From Oscillospiraceae bacterium (GTDB lineage: Bacteria > Bacteroidota > Bacteroidia > Bacteroidales > WCHB1-69): a DNA stretch of 64,000 nt. A program made the position numbers and the translations under genes. The stretch spans positions 9,346 to 73,345 of the forward strand of contig CAVCMI010000009.1 in assembly GCA_963603365.1 (NCBI GenBank), in the 5' to 3' direction. Position 1 is the first letter of the stretch. Each line of letters opens with the position of its first letter. Positions 18,254 through 26,976 of the stretch are shown here, piece by piece. Below the pieces are notes generated by a model that saw only the letters and a list, made by a program, of their open reading frames with translations, did no database searches and was not told the DNA's origin.

Positions 18254-18850
18254 ATGGATGCTATTGAAATAGTCGGCGCAGTCATCGGACTCATCTACCT
18301 GTTCCTTGAATACAAAGCCCATGTAAGTCTTTGGCCTGTCGGCATTCTGATGTCGTTGTTTTATGTGGTCATTTTTTTCCATGGGAAGTTCTATGCTGAT
18401 GCTGCCCTTAACCTGTATTACATCGGCGCCAATGTTTACGGCTGGATTTTCTGGGTGAAAAAACGGAAGAAAGACCCCGAGGGGAATGAAGAGGAGATTC
18501 CGATATCCCGTATTCCCGTCCGCAGTCTGCTCAAGTCTATGACAGTGACCGCTGCGCTTTGGCTGGCGTTTTCGTCTGTCTTGAAATTCTTTACCGACAG
18601 CACAGTCCCTATAGGCGACGGATTCACCACCTCGCTGAGTATTGTGGCCATGTGGATGCTGTCGCGCAAATATGCCGAACAATGGCTTCTGTGGGTGATC
18701 GTTGACCTTGTTTCAGTCATCCTTTATACTTGGAAAGGCCTCTACCCTACGGCCGTTCTTTTCTCTATTTATACGTTGATCGCGGTTGTCGGCTATCTGA
18801 AGTGGCGGAAGCTGGCCGTCACCCCTTTGCCTTCAGGTAGTGGTCAATGA
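18254..18850 (+). CDS. pnuC: Nicotinamide riboside transporter PnuC
   Basis: Start at MDAIEIVGAVIGLIYLFLEYK. 198 aa and multi-TM, with YGWIFW and a C-terminal GYLKWRK typical of PnuC. The upstream part of the track ORF is antisense to dsrC. Confidence 0.82.
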   Translation: MDAIEIVGAVIGLIYLFLEYKAHVSLWPVGILMSLFYVVIFFHGKFYADAALNLYYIGANVYGWIFWVKKRKKDPEGNEEEIPISRIPVRSLLKSMTVTAALWLAFSSVLKFFTDSTVPIGDGFTTSLSIVAMWMLSRKYAEQWLLWVIVDLVSVILYTWKGLYPTAVLFSIYTLIAVVGYLKWRKLAVTPLPSGSGQ

Positions 18851-19511
18851 TGCTGTCCGGGTCACGAACGCTTTTCTGAAGCCAGCTGAGATAGAGCGAG
18901 CGGGTCTCTTCCGGGTCAAGATGCCAGTCAACCGCCGAGCGACGCAGTTTTTCGGTGAAACCGGAGAGTATTATGGCAACCGAGTTGGAGATGTTGAAGC
19001 TTTCGGTAAACCCGTACATCGGTATCAAGGCATTACAGTCTGCATATTGCACGGCTTCGTCCGAGAGACCGGTCAACTCTGTGCCGAACAAGAATGCGGT
19101 TTTCTGCTCCACAGGCAAATCCCATACGGATGTTTTCCGCTCGTCGGGAAGTGTGGCCACTACCCTATATCCTTTGTCATGAAGGTCGTCAATGCACTTC
19201 TTTACATTGTCCTCCCCATTCGGATAACGATGCAGGGTCAGCCATTTGTCGGCTCCCATGCTGATGTCGCGGTGTATCTCAAACTCGTTCCGGTTCTCTA
19301 AGATGTAAGCGTCTTGTATACCGTAACATTCGCAAGTGCGCATCACGGCACTGATGTTCTGTGTTTGGTACAGGTCTTCCAGCACAACAGTGACATGCCG
19401 TGTGCGGTTCGCCAGCACTTCCGCCATTCTGTTGCGGCGGACTTCTGTGACAAATCCTGACAAATATGCTATGATTTCTTCGCGCAGCGTTGGGTTGGTG
19501 ATGTCTCTCAT
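18819..19511 (-). CDS. trmH: SpoU/TrmH-family tRNA (Gm18) 2'-O-methyltransferase
   Basis: 230 aa with RNRMAEVLANRTRHVTVVLEDLYQTQNISAVMRTCECYG and a C-terminal SPOUT knot (LIPMYGFTESFNISNS). Confidence 0.8.
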   Translation of the reverse strand: MRDITNPTLREEIIAYLSGFVTEVRRNRMAEVLANRTRHVTVVLEDLYQTQNISAVMRTCECYGIQDAYILENRNEFEIHRDISMGADKWLTLHRYPNGEDNVKKCIDDLHDKGYRVVATLPDERKTSVWDLPVEQKTAFLFGTELTGLSDEAVQYADCNALIPMYGFTESFNISNSVAIILSGFTEKLRRSAVDWHLDPEETRSLYLSWLQKSVRDPDSIIDHYLKAKG

Positions 19512-19528
19512 AATAATTGTCGACCAAA

Positions 19529-19557
19529 CAAAAAAAGCCCTGACTTAAGGGCTTTTT
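19529..19557 (-). terminator. Rho-independent terminator after hup
   Basis: Minus strand reads AAAGCCCT-taagtc-AGGGCTTT followed by T7. Confidence 0.65.
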
Positions 19558-19577
19558 CACGTCTTTTGTTTTGAAAA

Positions 19578-19841
19578 TTAGAATTTCAGTTCTGAACCAG
19601 CCTTGAAACGGACAATTGACTTGGCCGGAATATCAATTTCAGTGTTGGTTTGGGGATTACGGCCTTTTCTTGCGGCACGCTCTTTCACTTCAAATGCGCC
19701 GAAGCCTGTGATAGAAATCTTGTCCCCTTTCTTCAAGGCCTCACTCGTGGTGGCTGTGAAAGCATCGAGTGCGCTTTTTGCCTGAGCCTTTGTAAGACCG
19801 GCCTTGTCAGCCATTGCAGCGATTAAATCATTCTTGTTCAT
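19578..19841 (-). CDS. hup: HU family DNA-binding protein
   Basis: 87 aa, MNKNDLIAAMA...GFGAFEVKERAARKGRNPQT. Confidence 0.9.
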   Translation of the reverse strand: MNKNDLIAAMADKAGLTKAQAKSALDAFTATTSEALKKGDKISITGFGAFEVKERAARKGRNPQTNTEIDIPAKSIVRFKAGSELKF

Positions 19842-19882
19842 TGTTTTTTAATTTGTAAAGTTAAAATATTATTTGACGAGTG

Positions 19883-19890
19883 CAAATGTA
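19883..19890 (-). promoter_or_regulatory. -7 box (TACATTTG on minus strand) upstream of hup
   Basis: Matches TAnnTTTG. Long A/T homopolymer tracts lie further upstream (19921-19961). Confidence 0.45.
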
Positions 19891-19999
19891 ATAAAAAACA
19901 AATAGACCTCGTTGCTTTTCTCTTTTTTTTGTTTTTTTCTGATACTTTTAAAAAAAAAAAGCAAGATTCTTTCCCTGTCTCCTATATAATATTATTGTA

Positions 20000-20956
20000 T
20001 CAGAAGAGTTCAAGGATGAAACTATCCTTCCTGAAACCTGCCAGGAATTTCGCTGTCTCAAGCCGTTTTTTCCCCTCTAATTGCAATTCCGTGATTGCAA
20101 TTTCGGCATCTTTTGTCGATACGAGCATCATTTCATTGTCGAGTACAGTAATCACACCCGGCTTTCCCGGGCTCTTCTTTCCCGTTATTTGACATGACAG
20201 GATCTTAAGGTTCATGTTATGTTCCTCTCCGTTCTCGATGCACTTTATATAAGAGAATGAGGCGGGATAAGGGGACAGCCCTCTGACTTTATTGTAAATA
20301 TGTTCTGCGGTATCGTTCCAGTCGATGTGCATATCTTCCCTGAAAATCTTGGGTGCCGGCTTCAGTTCGCCATCATTGCATTGCGGGAAAGTCTGCACGT
20401 TGTCAGAGGAGAGCATTTGCAGCGTCTCCACGGCAAGTGATGCTCCTGCAATCATGAGTTTGTCGTGCAGGGTTCCGGCAGTGTCGTTCCGTGTGACAGG
20501 CACAGTTTTGCGTGCCAGCACGGCGCCGGTGTCTGTATGCTCGTCGAGCAGGAAAGTGGTGACGCCGCTTTCCGTTTCTCCGTTGATGATTGCCCATTGG
20601 ATAGGCGCCGCTCCCCGATATTGCGGCAACAGAGAAGCGTGTACGTTAAAAGTTCCTTTCGGCGGCATGGTATAAACCTGTTTCGGCAGCATCCGGAAAG
20701 CCACGACTACAAAAACGTCGGCGTGCAGTTGCTGAAGATTCTGCACAAACGCCTCGTCTTTGAGTCTTTCGGGTTGCATCAGGAACAATCCGTGTTCCAG
20801 CGCATACGTTTTCACGGCCGAAAAGCGGAGGCGTTGTCCGCGTCCTGCCGGCTTGTCCGGTGTTGTGACCACCCCGACAACCTCGTGACCGTGTTCGCGT
20901 ATGCTGTCGAGCACCGCGACGGCAAATTCCGGCGTGCCCATAAAAACCACTTTCAT
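20000..20956 (-). CDS. fmt: Methionyl-tRNA formyltransferase
   Basis: 318 aa with MKVVFMGTPEFAV and HASLLPQYRGAAPIQWAI. Confidence 0.95.
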   Translation of the reverse strand: MKVVFMGTPEFAVAVLDSIREHGHEVVGVVTTPDKPAGRGQRLRFSAVKTYALEHGLFLMQPERLKDEAFVQNLQQLHADVFVVVAFRMLPKQVYTMPPKGTFNVHASLLPQYRGAAPIQWAIINGETESGVTTFLLDEHTDTGAVLARKTVPVTRNDTAGTLHDKLMIAGASLAVETLQMLSSDNVQTFPQCNDGELKPAPKIFREDMHIDWNDTAEHIYNKVRGLSPYPASFSYIKCIENGEEHNMNLKILSCQITGKKSPGKPGVITVLDNEMMLVSTKDAEIAITELQLEGKKRLETAKFLAGFRKDSFILELF

Positions 20957-20962
20957 CGCTTG

Positions 20963-21469
20963 CTATTCTTCAGCCTCTTTTTGAGTCCGACGTTTCATCT
21001 CTATCATCTTGAGACAACTGACGGCGCCCTCTACGCCCTTATTGCCATGCTTCCCGCCGGAACGGTCTTCGGCCTGCTGCATATCGTTGCAAGTAAGCAC
21101 GCTGAAGATGGTGGGTTTGCCGTATTTCAGTCCTACATCCATAATGCCCTGTGCTACAGCGTGGGCGATAAACTCAAAATGGCGTGTCTCGCCTTGGATG
21201 ATACAACCTACACAGACAACTCCGTCCAGTTCAATATTGCGGAACATAATTTCTGCCGCAGAGGGAAGTTCAAAACTGCCTGGAACGTGCTGCACAAAGA
21301 TGTTTCCTGCCGGCACCCCATAGCCAGTCAAGGTGTCGTAAGCCCCATGAAACAAAGATTCGGTAATGTGGTCGTTCCATTCGCTGACCACAATACCGAT
21401 CCTTATGTCTTGAGCAGAATTAAAAGTAAATGGGGTAAATTCAGAGAGATTTTGTTTCTTTTCTGTCAT
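20963..21469 (-). CDS. ribH: 6,7-dimethyl-8-ribityllumazine synthase
   Basis: 168 aa with VPGSFELP, GCIIQGETRHFEF and KGVEGA. Confidence 0.93.
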   Translation of the reverse strand: MTEKKQNLSEFTPFTFNSAQDIRIGIVVSEWNDHITESLFHGAYDTLTGYGVPAGNIFVQHVPGSFELPSAAEIMFRNIELDGVVCVGCIIQGETRHFEFIAHAVAQGIMDVGLKYGKPTIFSVLTCNDMQQAEDRSGGKHGNKGVEGAVSCLKMIEMKRRTQKEAEE

Positions 21470-21476
21470 TCAAATC

Positions 21477-22181
21477 CTATTTTGAAACTTTCTGCTGAGC
21501 TCTTTCCACATATTGGGAAATGTTCATTTTGTTGTATTCGGTGTAGAATCTGTCCTCAATCTGACGGTAAGCAGACAAGGCTTCGTTCCATTTTTCCTGT
21601 CTTTCATAAAGTTGTCCCATCTTAAAAAGGGCTATGGGCGTAAAGAAAGGATCTTCGCTTTTGGTTGCTTTTTTATAATACTTCAATGCGGCAGCCTCAT
21701 CGCCTTGCTCGTCGTAAAGGTCGCCGATGGTAGCCTGACATGCGTACCAGAGCACATCCTCTTTTTTCTTGAATTTCTTGAGATAGGAAAGGGCTTCGTC
21801 TTTTTGGCCAAGTTTAAGATAGCAAAGACCGGCATAATAGCGCGCCGTGTTTGCGGTCTTGGTCATCTTATAGCTGCTGGCAATCGAGAGGAAGCCGTCA
21901 TTTTCGTCGTTGCCCTCCAACGCTTGATTCAGTGAAAGGGAGTCGCCCGCCATAAGAAGGTTGATCGGCGTAGTCATCTGTGCTGAAGCTTCAGCGTTTC
22001 TTTTCTGTATATAGAAGCGGTTCAGGGCGATGAGCGCACATGCTATAACCAAAATGCCGATGAGGACACCGTAAATGATATTCTGATATTTATTGAAGAA
22101 ATCGAGAATCTTTGTTACAATATTTTCTTTTTTCTCTTGCTGGTCAACTTTCTTTGTACCTATTTTTTCGTTACTTGCCAT
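21477..22181 (-). CDS. Membrane-anchored tetratricopeptide-repeat protein (YfgM-like)
   Basis: Start at MASNEKIGTKK. It has one N-terminal TM helix (IIYGVLIGILVIACALIAL) followed by TPR-like repeats. Confidence 0.65.
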   Translation of the reverse strand: MASNEKIGTKKVDQQEKKENIVTKILDFFNKYQNIIYGVLIGILVIACALIALNRFYIQKRNAEASAQMTTPINLLMAGDSLSLNQALEGNDENDGFLSIASSYKMTKTANTARYYAGLCYLKLGQKDEALSYLKKFKKKEDVLWYACQATIGDLYDEQGDEAAALKYYKKATKSEDPFFTPIALFKMGQLYERQEKWNEALSAYRQIEDRFYTEYNKMNISQYVERAQQKVSK

Positions 22182-22210
22182 AGCTGTTGATAATAATGAT
22201 TTTTGAGGCG

Positions 22211-22218
22211 CAAAAATA
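22211..22218 (-). promoter_or_regulatory. -7 box (TATTTTTG on minus strand) upstream of the TPR gene
   Basis: The reverse complement of CAAAAATA, flanked by T9 on the transcribed-strand upstream side. Confidence 0.5.
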
Positions 22219-22343
22219 CATTTTTTTTTGATGTGCCTGACCATTCCGCCATTTTATATTATAGTCGTCAATGATATTCTGGCAAACAACTTCATTACGT
22301 GCAATTCTTTGCTTTTTTTCATACCCGAGTCTTGCATAACTTC

Positions 22344-22363
22344 TTTTTTGTATTTTTGCCGCC
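22344..22363 (+). promoter_or_regulatory. Promoter 20-mer TTTTTTGTATTTTTGCCGCC upstream of the TM1266-like/hydG pair
   Basis: Identical to the pnuC promoter arm (18216-18235) and to the reverse complement of 18184-18203. Confidence 0.55.
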
Positions 22364-22395
22364 TGAAACAACAACCTAATCCAGAAGTGTTACTG

Positions 22396-22644
22396 ATGGA
22401 AAAGCGAATTGGAACAATAACAATACTTGTGCTCGACCGCAGCGTTGCGCCGACAGTGAACAACGTGATTTCAGACAATGCTGAAATTGTGCTTGCTCGC
22501 CAAGGGCTGCCCTTTCAGCACCGCAATGTGGCAGTCATCTCGCTTATCGTTGAGGGAACTGTCAACGAAATCAATACACTTTCCGGGAAATTAGGCAGAA
22601 TCGACCATGTTGAAGTCAAGGTGGCTGTGACCAAACTTGCATAG
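22396..22644 (+). CDS. Putative iron-only hydrogenase system regulator (TM1266-like ACT-fold protein)
   Basis: Start at MEKRIGTITILV. 82 aa, immediately upstream of hydG, as for the TM1266 family (recalled). Confidence 0.65.
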   Translation: MEKRIGTITILVLDRSVAPTVNNVISDNAEIVLARQGLPFQHRNVAVISLIVEGTVNEINTLSGKLGRIDHVEVKVAVTKLA

Positions 22645-22699
22645 CATGTCGCTTTTTGAATAATTTTACAAAAACAAACAACAATTAATACATAAAGCA

Positions 22700-24154
22700 A
22701 TGAAATTCAACCCGGAAAAATGCAGAATCCCTGACGAAACAGGGAAACCGTTCATCGACGCCGATGAATTGTGGGACTATATCAACAACACTAAAAGCAC
22801 GCCTGAACGGGTGCATGAGATTATCAAGAAGTCGCTCGACAAGAACCGTCTTACGCTGGAGGAGACTGCCGTACTCATCAACACCGAAGACCCTGCGTTG
22901 GTAGAAGAGATCAAGGAGGGTGCGCGCGAACTGAAACGTCGGATTTACGGCAACCGCATTGTGCTGTTCGCGCCGCTGTATGTCGGCAACTACTGCATCA
23001 ACAACTGCAAATACTGCGGGTTCCGCTCTTCAAACAGCAACCAAGTCCGCGCCACGCTTACAGATGAGGAACTCGTACACAACGTTGAAGCCCTCGAGGA
23101 TGACGGCCAAAAGCGTCTTATCCTGGTCTATGGAGAATCGCCCAAGTACTCGCCGGAATACATTGCCCACACCGTTGAGTTGACCTACGCCACCAGGAAG
23201 GGCAACGGTTCCATCCGCCGCGTCAACATCAACGCAGCGCCGCTGGATGTGGAGGGATTCCGCACTGTGAAGAAAGCCGGCATCGGCACCTACCAGATCT
23301 TTCAGGAGACCTACCACCCCGAGGCATACAAGCTTTACCACCCCGCCAACACCCGGAAAGGCAACTACGAGTGGCGGCTCACCGCAATGGACCGCGCCCA
23401 GGAAGCCGGCATCGACGACAACGGACTTGGCGTGCTCTTCGGACTTTATGACTGGCGTTTTGAAGTGATGGCCATGATCCGTCATACCAACCACTTGGAG
23501 GCTTGCTTCAATGTTGGGCCGCACACCATATCTTTCCCGCGCATCAAGGACGCCTCAGGGCTCGACATCGACCGCAGATATATGGTTGACGACGACACTT
23601 TCGAGAAAGTCATTGCCATTTTCCGACTGGCCGTTCCCTACACGGGCATGATCCTCACCGCCCGCGAGACCGCAGAGTTCCGCTCCAAAGCCATCCAATA
23701 CGGCATCTCGCAAATTGACGGCGGCACCAACCTGCAAATCGGCGACTATAAATACCACAACCAAGAGACAGAGAAAAACACGGACAAGGTTGAAGACCAA
23801 AACCTCGACCGCGAGCAGTTCAAGGTGGGCGACGACCGCACATTAGGCGACATCATCGACAAACTGCTCGACGACAACTACATTCCGAGTTTCTGCACCG
23901 CTTGCTACCGTCTTGGACGTACCGGAGAGCATTTTATGGAGTTCAGCGTGCCCGGCTTCATCAAGCGCTATTGCACGCCCAATGCCATCCTGACCCTCAG
24001 CGAATATCTGGTGGACTATGCCAAACCGGAAGTGGCCGAGAAAGGCTGGCGGGTTATCGAGAACAATATGGAAAATGTAGATGAGAAATTCCGTGACGAA
24101 CTGACAAGCCGCATCAGCCGCATCAAGAACGGTGAGCGCGACCTTTATTTCTAA
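22700..24154 (+). CDS. hydG: [FeFe]-hydrogenase H-cluster radical SAM maturase HydG
   Basis: 484 aa with the radical-SAM motif CINNCKYCGF. The C-terminal CTAC-x22-C motif (CX2CX22C) separates HydG from ThiH. Confidence 0.85.
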   Translation: MKFNPEKCRIPDETGKPFIDADELWDYINNTKSTPERVHEIIKKSLDKNRLTLEETAVLINTEDPALVEEIKEGARELKRRIYGNRIVLFAPLYVGNYCINNCKYCGFRSSNSNQVRATLTDEELVHNVEALEDDGQKRLILVYGESPKYSPEYIAHTVELTYATRKGNGSIRRVNINAAPLDVEGFRTVKKAGIGTYQIFQETYHPEAYKLYHPANTRKGNYEWRLTAMDRAQEAGIDDNGLGVLFGLYDWRFEVMAMIRHTNHLEACFNVGPHTISFPRIKDASGLDIDRRYMVDDDTFEKVIAIFRLAVPYTGMILTARETAEFRSKAIQYGISQIDGGTNLQIGDYKYHNQETEKNTDKVEDQNLDREQFKVGDDRTLGDIIDKLLDDNYIPSFCTACYRLGRTGEHFMEFSVPGFIKRYCTPNAILTLSEYLVDYAKPEVAEKGWRVIENNMENVDEKFRDELTSRISRIKNGERDLYF

Positions 24155-24202
24155 AAGGTTGCCGGAAACGGCATACTGCTGAATTTAAGTATTATATTGC
24201 AG

Positions 24203-24248
24203 AGAGATGGTTCTGGCTATCGCAAGATTTTCAGAACCATCTCTTTTA
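24203..24248. terminator. 13-bp perfect hairpin between convergent hydG and holA
   Basis: AGAGATGGTTCTG (24203-24215) pairs with CAGAACCATCTCT (24232-24244), then TTTT. The 3' arm lies inside the last codons of holA. Confidence 0.65.
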
Positions 24249-25212
24249 GCAGTTCTCCCTCCGTGCAGTTGGTGTCCACGCCTTTCGACTTGAGATCATA
24301 TTCGCGGAGCACCGACATAATATAAGCCAGGCGCGGCAGCGTATGGCTTTGGGCATATCCCACATTCCGGCTCACGATGGAAGGCGGAAGATTGCCGTAA
24401 ATCTCGCGAAGTGCCGTTTGGCTCTTGTCAGGCGACAAATGATACAGCACCATCTTTTGGTAGAAATTATACAGCATCAGAATCGTCTTGATATTCGGGT
24501 TCTCTTTGATATGCTGTGTGAAATTCAGGGTTATTCTGTACGCCCGTTGCGCATCGTGTCGCCCCAAGGCCTCCTGCAACTCAAAAATATTGTACTCTTT
24601 GCTGATTCCGACGTACTTTTCTACAATGTCGGGGGTTATGGTCTGACCTTTAGGCAACACCACCTTCAGTTTTTCAAATTCGTTGTAGATACGGGAGAGG
24701 TTGTTGCCAATATGCTCGGTAATGATGGAGGATGTTTGCGGCTCTATGCCGAAACCGAATTGCCGGGCCGTTTTCTGCACCCAGCCTGACAGTTCCCAAT
24801 CCTTAACCCCAACTGACTCAAACACAACACCATGCTTTTCGTACGACTTGTATTGGGCCGCTTTTAGTTTGCCATACTTGTAGCAAATAACCAGCACGGC
24901 GGTGCTGACCGGATTGTCAACGTATGTTTTCAGTTTGTCAATGTCCTTAAGGTCTTTGGCTTCTTTCACGACAACCAGTCTGAAAGGGCTTCCAAAGGGA
25001 TACTCCTTAGCGGTGGCGATGATGTCAGCGGCGGATGTGTCCTTCCCGTAAACGACAACCTGGTTGAAGTCGCGCGCCTCCGGGTCTATGACCTTGTTCT
25101 CGAAAAAACTGCATATCCGGTCAATATAAAACGGCTCTTCGCCCATCAGCAGGTAAACGGGGGCGAACTGACCCTTTCTGAGTTGGCTTTTCAAATCCTC
25201 GTATTTAATCAT
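24217..25212 (-). CDS. holA: DNA polymerase III subunit delta
   Basis: 331 aa, MIKYEDLKSQLRKGQFAPVYLLMGEEPFYID, typical of the HolA N-terminus. Confidence 0.85.
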   Translation of the reverse strand: MIKYEDLKSQLRKGQFAPVYLLMGEEPFYIDRICSFFENKVIDPEARDFNQVVVYGKDTSAADIIATAKEYPFGSPFRLVVVKEAKDLKDIDKLKTYVDNPVSTAVLVICYKYGKLKAAQYKSYEKHGVVFESVGVKDWELSGWVQKTARQFGFGIEPQTSSIITEHIGNNLSRIYNEFEKLKVVLPKGQTITPDIVEKYVGISKEYNIFELQEALGRHDAQRAYRITLNFTQHIKENPNIKTILMLYNFYQKMVLYHLSPDKSQTALREIYGNLPPSIVSRNVGYAQSHTLPRLAYIMSVLREYDLKSKGVDTNCTEGELLKEMVLKILR

Positions 25213-25235
25213 AACCGAACCTTGAATATTGGCGA

Positions 25236-25243
25236 CAAAGATA
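25236..25243 (-). promoter_or_regulatory. -7 box (TATCTTTG on minus strand) upstream of holA
   Basis: Matches TAnnTTTG, 24 nt upstream of the ATG. Confidence 0.5.
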
Positions 25244-25302
25244 CAAAAATGGAGTTATAACACTCTTGGGAATAAGACAGGTGTCTAATTCATAGATTCA
25301 CC

Positions 25303-26976
25303 CTATTTGCAGTTGTGCTTTCCCGTAAGACGATAGGTTTTCATGCCGCCGATGAGGTTATAGACAGGCTCGAAACCGGACTGCACCATAATGCGGGCGG
25401 CGATGTATCCGCGCAAGCCCACTTCGCAGAATATGACCGTCTTTTTGCCTTGGGGAATGTCGTCCAGAAACTCGCGGAGTTCGTTCACGGGGTAGTTCGT
25501 CGCCCCCTCTATCGTTCCGCCTTTGAATTCCTGTATTTCGCGAACATCAATGAGATTGATATCCTCTTTGGCATCCAGAATATTGTCCAGTTCATCATAC
25601 TGTATCGGATTCATCAAATGCGAAAAGATGTTTTCGGCCACCATGCCGGCGAACTGAACCGGGCTTTTGGCAGAGGCGAAAGGCGGCGCATATACATGCT
25701 CGCTGTTCACCATATCGAAGATAGTGCCGTGATGCTTGAGCAACAGCGACAACGTATCAATCTGCTTGTCCACATTTTCATTGCCAACTGCCTGTGCGCC
25801 AAGCAGAAGTCCTGTGTCTGGGTCAAAATTGACTTTCAGGTGGATAGGACTGCTTCCCGGATAATAGGTAGCATGAGAGGCCGGGTGTATGATAACGGTC
25901 TGGAATTTGATGCCCTGTTTGCGCAAAGCATTCTCTGACAGGCCGGCAGCAGCGGCGGTAAGGTCAAAGACCTTGGCAATGGCAGCGGTCACTGACCCAT
26001 TGTATTTCACTGAACGAGGATAAACCATATTCATGGCTGCAATGCGAGCCTGCAAGTTGGCAGGCCCTGCCAGAAAATTGCAATAGGGCTTCCCCGTGAC
26101 AGGATGCGGAAATTCAATGGCGTCGCCCACCGCAAAAATGGTTTCGTCAGAAGTCTGCATATATTCGTCCACCTGAATGCCGCCCGTTTCACCGAGTTTC
26201 AGACCGCAGTCTGCAGCCAAGCGCGCATTAGGACGCACGCCAATGCTGAGTATGGCGAGGTCGCAGTCAAGCGTATCGCCCTTTTCGAGAGAAACCGTCA
26301 GTTTCTCCTCATGCTCTTGAATGGAGGCCAAGCCATTGCTTACAATCACCCGGATGCCCTTGTCGGCAAGGTGCTGCTGCACAATGGCAGCCATTGGCAT
26401 GTCAAGCGGTGTCAGTATATGGTCTGCTTTTTCCACCACCGTCACGTTGTATCCGATCTTGTGCAGGTTTTCCGCCATTTCCAGACCAATGAAGCCACCA
26501 CCCACAATTACGGCAGCAGAACCATCGTGCAGACGGTCGGCAGCCGAAGCCTTGATGCGGTCGCAGTCCATCACATTCCTGAGGGTGAATACACCGGAGA
26601 GGGTTGCGCCCGGAACGTCCGGCACCACCGGGTCTGCACCGGGAGAGAGCAGCAAAATATCGTAGTCCTCTTCGTATCGCTTGCCGTTGCGGTGATTAAA
26701 GACCGTGACCGTCTTGTTTTTGCGGTCAATCGACAGTGCTTCGTTAAAAGTTCGCACGTCCACATTGTAGCGGTTCCCGAACGAAACCGGGGTTTGCAAG
26801 AACAGTTTCTTGCGTTCCTCTATCGTCTCGCCGATGTAATACGGGAGCCCGCAGTTGGCATACGAGATGTGTTCGCCTTTTTCAAGCAGGATAATATCAG
26901 CATCTTCGTTCAGCCTTCTGAGCCTTGCGGCAGCAGATGCTCCGCCTGCCACACCGCCAATGATTATATATTTCAT
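25303..26976 (-). CDS. CoA-disulfide reductase / NAD(P)H persulfide reductase-type flavoprotein with C-terminal rhodanese domain
   Basis: Start at MKYIIIGGVAGGASAA. Single redox Cys in SYANCGLPY. The C-terminal rhodanese has FCEVGLRG. Confidence 0.85.
   Translation of the reverse strand: MKYIIIGGVAGGASAAARLRRLNEDADIILLEKGEHISYANCGLPYYIGETIEERKKLFLQTPVSFGNRYNVDVRTFNEALSIDRKNKTVTVFNHRNGKRYEEDYDILLLSPGADPVVPDVPGATLSGVFTLRNVMDCDRIKASAADRLHDGSAAVIVGGGFIGLEMAENLHKIGYNVTVVEKADHILTPLDMPMAAIVQQHLADKGIRVIVSNGLASIQEHEEKLTVSLEKGDTLDCDLAILSIGVRPNARLAADCGLKLGETGGIQVDEYMQTSDETIFAVGDAIEFPHPVTGKPYCNFLAGPANLQARIAAMNMVYPRSVKYNGSVTAAIAKVFDLTAAAAGLSENALRKQGIKFQTVIIHPASHATYYPGSSPIHLKVNFDPDTGLLLGAQAVGNENVDKQIDTLSLLLKHHGTIFDMVNSEHVYAPPFASAKSPVQFAGMVAENIFSHLMNPIQYDELDNILDAKEDINLIDVREIQEFKGGTIEGATNYPVNELREFLDDIPQGKKTVIFCEVGLRGYIAARIMVQSGFEPVYNLIGGMKTYRLTGKHNCK

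Noticed and set aside
19921-19961. Homopolymer tracts (T8, T7, A11) between fmt and hup as potential phase-variation switch
   Set aside because: They are intergenic, upstream of the hup -7 box and outside any coding frame. They are more simply explained as an A/T-rich UP-like region.
20465-21625. 386-aa plus-strand ORF spanning the region opposite fmt and ribH
   Set aside because: It is antisense to two genes with unmistakable conserved motifs and even crosses their intergenic gap. Its translation is low-complexity (Arg/His/Cys-rich) with no recognisable domain. This is the typical stop-poor antisense frame.
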